A DNA stretch of 56,813 nucleotides from Gonapodya sp. JEL0774 (lineage: Eukaryota): assembly GCA_027604505.1 (NCBI GenBank), contig JADIIX010000143.1, positions 1-56,813 on the forward strand, given 5' to 3'. Made by a program: the position numbers and the translations under genes. Shown piece by piece: positions 51,294 to 56,813 of this stretch. The notes beneath the pieces are model-generated. The model did no database searches, was not told the origin of the DNA, and saw only the letters and a program-made list of their open reading frames with translations. Every line of letters begins with the position of its first letter. Positions within the stretch are counted from its first letter, which is position 1.

Positions 51294-52626
51294 TCAACTC
51301 CCGCGCGTGAGAACACTCTCGTAGGTTGGTACCTTCAAATGTCACATACGTTATGAATGTGAATGGGCCGTATTTGAGGCCGCCAACAAGGTTACAGAGT
51401 GTCTCACCATGTATTTAATATTGATGAACGCATCCTCTCCACCGTGCAGCTCAAACTTCTCAAGAGTTTCCTGAATCAAGTCACCAATGTTTTCACGCTT
51501 CTGCTGGGAGTAGTAGATACCGTCTCCGAGGTTCACTGGATGCAAGCACATTTCAACCCCGAAACACATGAGACAAACCGCCCAACATGGACCCACCATT
51601 CTTGTTCTTGAACAAGTTGAACACCGGGAGGATCTGCCTGTAGTACGGAACGAGTGCTTCACCGACCATTGGCGCGGATTCCACGAGGTGTTGGAGCACT
51701 TTGAGCGTCGTTGTGATAACTTGAGGGTTCCGTGTGTTGAGAGCCTCTGCGAGACGTCAACCAAACCAAGGCAAGCGTGCGACGATTTCAGTTTCAGCGG
51801 CCAAGGTAGCAACCATTGGGTCTGAGAGTTTGTCTCCTACACTCACTCTTCACCGGAATGATTAGTTGCGGCACAACCGGCAAGATCTTATTACTGCCCC
51901 CTGCGCCGTTCGCGCCAGCGGTGGCCCCCTTGTCCAGTAAATCGTGAATACCCTGTCGAGCCAGAAAAGCGTAAGGCTCTTCAGTCTCGCAGAGCCCGGA
52001 GAAGAAGAGGGGTAGGTAGTGGTGGTAGTCGAGCTTCTCGATATCAACCTGTGCGAGAGAAGGTTTGTCCGCGATGAGAGTGAAGACACCCCAGGGCACA
52101 CGCACAGTGTCGGAGAATTTAGTGATCTAGTAACGCTAGAAGGGGGGGGACGTCTGCTCACCTTCCAGTTCACCCTTTTACCCTTGGAATCGTGCGCAAC
52201 CGAGATGGGAAAGTCCCCCCGATCGTACAATCTCCGAAACGACGCCACGGCCTTGTCACCATCTGATGCGAAAGGACGAGCGAAGGAGGTCACTATTACG
52301 ACTTGAGCGTTTGAGTTTGCTTCATTTGCGATCGCTTCATCCATCGCTCTCGTAAGCTCCGGTATCCTTCCAGGAGCACACAGCCCCTCATCACTAAGCC
52401 ATTTCATTCCCTTCATTGTTCCATCAGCAGACACTCATTCAGCCTGCCCTGCCTGCGATGACCAACCTGTGGTCTTCTTGGTCTTGAACGCTCCGGCAGG
52501 AGGAGGCGCGCTCCCCGCGGGCGCGAAGTATCCCCCACCGCCGCCAGACCCCGTGGTCTTGTGCTCGGTGTGTTGATGGTCTGGGGTCGTACGTTGGTCG
52601 TTGGACTTCATCTTGCCTTGGATCAT
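51294..52626 (-). CDS. PACRG: Parkin co-regulated gene protein, axonemal inner-junction protein
   Basis: [56 protein letters not shown] and [18 protein letters not shown]. Confidence 0.96.
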
Positions 52627-53102
52627 CGTTCGAGAGTTATGTTTGATCTGGCAGGGACGAAGAAATCTCCGGAAAGCGAAGGCCCAACCCAACCACATCT
52701 CCATAAACATTTGACATAACAGGGACGACGTAGAAATGAATAGAGAATTCTGGAGATACGGAGGTGACGAACTCCCAATGAGACTTAATTTCCATTTGCC
52801 ATTTATGTCCTTTCCCTCGTTCTTCTCATCATCACGAACATTCGATTGCACCAATACCAATGACAGACTTTCGGATGATCGTATCTTATTCTACAATCGT
52901 ATATGCGGAAACACAAATCGTACAAAAGTGTGTCATTCTCACACGTTATGTCTTCCGCTGCACATTCGTACCTCCACTGGAATTGACAGCCGGCAAATCA
53001 ACCGAAGTATTTGAAAACTTTGCACGTCCCCTCGACAAAAGCGGCATCCGCTTCCGCGCTGCCATCAAAGCATTCAATGATTTTCCACTCGTCATCGCCA
53101 TT

Positions 53103-54616
53103 TCACGCCCGCTTAGCAAACTCAACCTTCATCTTGGTCGTTTGAGTGAGCATAAAACCGTCGAGAACCGATTTAGCGGTGCCAGCCTGAGAGACAACGT
53201 GTTCCGGAACAAGGGAAGGAGCCAGTGATAAACGTTCATGGGCACACCGGTCAGTGGCGTCATCCCGCCAATCACAACTTGAAGACGTACCTGTCCCTCC
53301 GTGTCGTACTCGACAAATGCGATATCCGTCTTGCCAGGTACCATGCGGACCTCCCTGTACCCTGCGTACTGTTGGAATAAGAACCCGAGCATCTCGTCCG
53401 TGATTTCGGGTGGCAGGTTCGAAACGAAGAGAACACGGTTGGGGAGGGTAGCAGCGACGGAAGAGATGGTGGTTGTGGTGAGGGCAGCAGTGGTCGTGGG
53501 GGCGCTGGCTGGGGTGGGTTCTTCGGTTTCCATATCTGGATACGATGCGGAGACGGGATCGACGGATTTGAAGCACGAATTGTGTTCACGTGGGAATGAT
53601 GTGGTTCAGCAGTTCGGTTGTGCGATGGTGCATTGCGTTATGATCGTTGCGAAAGGAAGCCCAGGGGCACTGCATCGCTCTCACGTACCTGCTTCCCCAT
53701 CGTCTTCGCCTTCTTTTCTTCTCTTTCTTCCCTCCCCGTCCTCATCATCATCCTCGTCGCTGCTATCGTCCCTTGTCCTTTTGGCCTTCTTCTTCCTGGC
53801 TGCAACCTCAACCGCGGCAGGTGGGGGTACGTACTTGCCTTCAAGTAGAGATACAGCATTGGAGATAGTCTTGGCGTATGAGATTCGCTGAGCGATTTAG
53901 AAGCAATAAGAATGGGACAGCGTGAGTTAGGAGACTGGTGAACCAGTGACCGTTTGCGCCATGTAAATAGCGTCCCGCGGATACAATATCAAGATTTGTA
54001 TTCGGAGTCGATGATTGAAATCAGCAACCGCCCAAGCGCCTGTGATACTGGGGCCCAGCGAGTCGAACGGTTTCAATCCACCTTGGCCCTTGCCGTGATT
54101 CGCTCCCAATCCTCTGAGTTTCCCTCAAAAAACAGTTAGTCTGGTCACACTGTCATTGCGCTTCGAACTAACCATGCCCTTTTCAAACAGCACGAATCCC
54201 TGGAGGCCTCGCATTGCACCCGTCGCTTGCGGAATGCCCTCGAGGACGACATGGGCTTGTCCTCGCATCTTCGCTGTTTTCAGGGCAACAACAGCAATGA
54301 CGCGACCGTATGGAGAAAAAAGGTGGAGTAGTGTGCGGCGGAGAACTGCATGAAGATCAGAAAAGTGGATCAAGATGTTGAGCGAGAAAGAACACCAGAC
54401 AAGACCACGCAGCTCCAGCCCAACAAATAAGGCGTTAGGGAATAGCTATGCCCTGACACCGCCCTGTTGCTGCCCGGTCTCCCTAGAGTGACTCGATCTT
54501 TGGAACTCACCTTCCTTGTTCACCTTGTCGTTCAAATTCGTAACATACAGGGTCTGGTTCGGCGGGATTCCAGCAGTGACCGTCACAGCGCCACCTGAAG
54601 TGACAGCTAGAGACAT
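53103..54616 (-). CDS. U1A/U2B''/SNF-family snRNP protein with two RRMs
   Basis: PNQTLYVTNLNDKVNKE, VALKTAKMRGQAH (U2B''/SNF-like loop), RISYAKT.S, PNRVLFVSNLP..LFQQY.G..EVRMVP and MKVEFAK. Confidence 0.93.
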
Positions 54617-55359
54617 GTTGAAACACTGCGATGGAAAGTAATGATACTTCCCCGCATCCAAGTCCTCTGACAATGCACTGGAGGTTTGTGCCACAAAAAC
54701 TTGTTTTGTAGGTTCTTCACATAATACACATCCATCCTAACATCTGTTACATATATCTCATCGCCCTTTCGGTTTTTGAGTTTTTGTTTTGCTCCGATTG
54801 TTTGCCCCACCTCGTTCCGTCCTCCAGTCCAAGCGGTCCATGACAGTTCCACCAATTGACCGCAATATTCTCCGCGATCTCTAATCGAATAGACCCATGA
54901 TACGGCGACCGAGCTCACCAAGTATGTCCGTAAAGATATCCGAGATTTCTCTCCGTTATGCAGGTTGCCCCGGTCAGACCACAGCTCCGCTGGACGAAAT
55001 GCCCAACGCAGCGCAGACGAACGATTGAACTGAAATTTTCTGTACTTGAAATATGGGGAATGACATGAATCCAACAATTTAAACCTATTTATAAGAGCGG
55101 CTATTGGTCTCGAGATATGAAGACTGCTCCTGAAAGGAAGGCTTTTGTTCAGAACCTTCTAAGACATGCCCAAGAGGCTTTGGAACAAGACGTGCTCATT
55201 AATAATACAGAGTCAAAGATCGTTCTGCGTTGGTTCTGCACGATCACGCAAACTGTTGATGTCCGGGCCCACCTGATTTCTGCGGGACATTCGTAAACGC
55301 GTTGCGCGAACGAGACCAGAACACGCATTTGTCAGACTTGGTGCCTAAGCACCGACGCC

Positions 55360-55366
55360 TATAAAA
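55360..55366 (+). promoter_or_regulatory. Putative TATA box of the reductase gene
   Basis: TATAAAA about 90 nt upstream of ATG 55452. Confidence 0.4.
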
Positions 55367-55392
55367 GACGACAGGACGCAATGGACTTACAA

Positions 55393-55436
55393 CAACCATC
55401 AACCATTATCCATCAACGATTATCCATCAACCGATT
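55393..55436 (+). repeat. Short tandem repeat (ccatcaac/attatccatcaac units) in the 5' UTR
   Basis: caaccatcaaccattatccatcaacgattatccatcaaccgatt. Confidence 0.5.
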
Positions 55437-55451
55437 GTTCGCTGATTACAA

Positions 55452-56498
55452 ATGACGACTTCGTCCGTCCCCAAACCCACAATCGCCTTCTTCGGCTCAA
55501 CGGGCGGATGCTCAATCGTTGTGCTCGCCGGGGCTCTGAAAGATGGTTACAAAACCTCTGCTCGTAAGCAAGTCGCCCGATTCTCCATTTCTCGCAGTGG
55601 CGCTAATCGAACCTTCACAAAGTCGTGCGAAGTGCCACCAAGCTCCAGGCATTACTTGAAGCTCGCGCTGTTGCGAAAGAAGTGATAGCTTCAAACTGTA
55701 CCATTGTCGAGGGCAACATCAGGGACCCCACAGGTAATTACTCTCGTCGACCGGTTTAAGCATGTAAACATTGACCACGAATCAATAACTGTTTTCCGGC
55801 AGCCGTTACACGAACTCTGACAGCTTTCGAGGGCGGCCGCGTCGCTGACATTATCATGAGCGGTATCGGAAGCCTTCCGAAACCTCGTTGGGAGGGGTGG
55901 ACCTTCAAACTCATGGAAGATGCACATGTTTGCGAGGACGCGATGGAAGCTATTGTCGGTAAGTGGATAGCTGTACTTGGGAAAGCTCGTACCGACTCTT
56001 TGCACCGCTAAGGAAATACCACTCTTCCCAGCTTCACTTCGGGAATATCACAAGTCAACTGCTTCTGCAAGCCGTCCTCACATCATCTCCATAAGCACCA
56101 CCGGCATCGACAGCAGATCACCAGGCGACGTACCTCTTCTCTTCGTACCGCTCTACCATGTGGCCCTCGCCACGCCGCACGAGGACAAGCGCAAGATGGA
56201 ACGGAAAGTCGTGGAAGGCACCCTTGGAAGTGAACCTGTGTTCTCCTCATTTGCTTTGGTTAGACCGTCTTTGCTCACGGACGGGGAGACTCTGGGCTTA
56301 GACAAGGTCAGAGTTGGAGTTGTGGATGGTGCTCCAATAATCGATAAATCGAAGGAGTCTGCTGCCAATGGCACGCCGGCCGTTGGCTATACAATCAGCA
56401 GGAATGATGTCGGGAATTGGATTTTCCAAAAACTTCTCAAGGAGTTGGACTCTGCAAGAGAGACGTATGGTAACAAATGTGTAACTTTGACATACTGA
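55452..56498 (+). CDS. NAD(P)-binding Rossmann-fold protein (NAD_binding_10 / flavin reductase-like atypical SDR)
   Basis: IAFFGSTGGC, IVEGNIRD, ISTTG, PHEDKRKME, VRPSLLTDG and GYTISRNDVGNWIF; three introns. Confidence 0.88.
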
Positions 56499-56813
56499 GC
56501 AAAGCCGTGTTGACACTATTTTAAGAATAGCAGTGAGCGTGGATTATAACTGTTGAATCATCAATACGTTTTATTAGCATTGTTCATTTGCGCCACCTGC
56601 ACGCGCGATGGGAGACATGACTTGTAAACCCATAGAAAATAAGGTACAATTTATCTGAAAAGTAACGTGAAAGGAAAATCGCTCCGAAAGGTGTTCTAAT
56701 ATTTTCAAGCGATCTGGGCCCTGAAGTTGATTGAGGTTGTGGTGTAACCGTGACGGTTCCGTGGGTCCGGACGTAGTCTCGAGTACTCGTATGTATATTG
56801 CTAGTGTCTCTAG

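Noticed and set aside
52840..54220. ATTGCAC U1A-binding motifs as an autoregulatory element of the U1A/U2B'' gene
   Set aside because: The copies (about 52845 and 54213) are on the plus strand, antisense to this minus-strand transcript.

Overview
Intron-rich eukaryotic DNA, most likely from a zoosporic (flagellated) fungus. PACRG and a POC5-like centriole gene point to a flagellum; a Monoblepharidomycete such as Gonapodya is a plausible guess, not verified. I reconstructed about 21 spliced or intronless protein genes by hand from splice sites, plus about 5 frameshifted relics. Conserved genes: Xaa-Pro peptidase, A/B-type cyclin, HP1/Swi6, a VIT1-family transporter, a YqjM-type old yellow enzyme next to a 4CL-like acyl-CoA ligase (both end in PTS1-like tripeptides), an RRM-RGG-RRM protein, RPS7, PACRG, U1A/U2B'' and a Rossmann-fold reductase. 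Lineage-specific families show local duplication and decay: F-box-like/ankyrin, ankyrin-coiled coil-SH3, MYND finger, TLC domain and one domain I cannot assign. Other features are a multi-exon LysM gene missing from the ORF track, a 5-nt microexon, two GC-AG introns, a duplicated intergenic hairpin with a compensatory change and a weak intronic C/D snoRNA candidate. No rRNA, tRNA, CRISPR array or intact transposon was recognised. Family calls come from motif recognition only; no searches were run.
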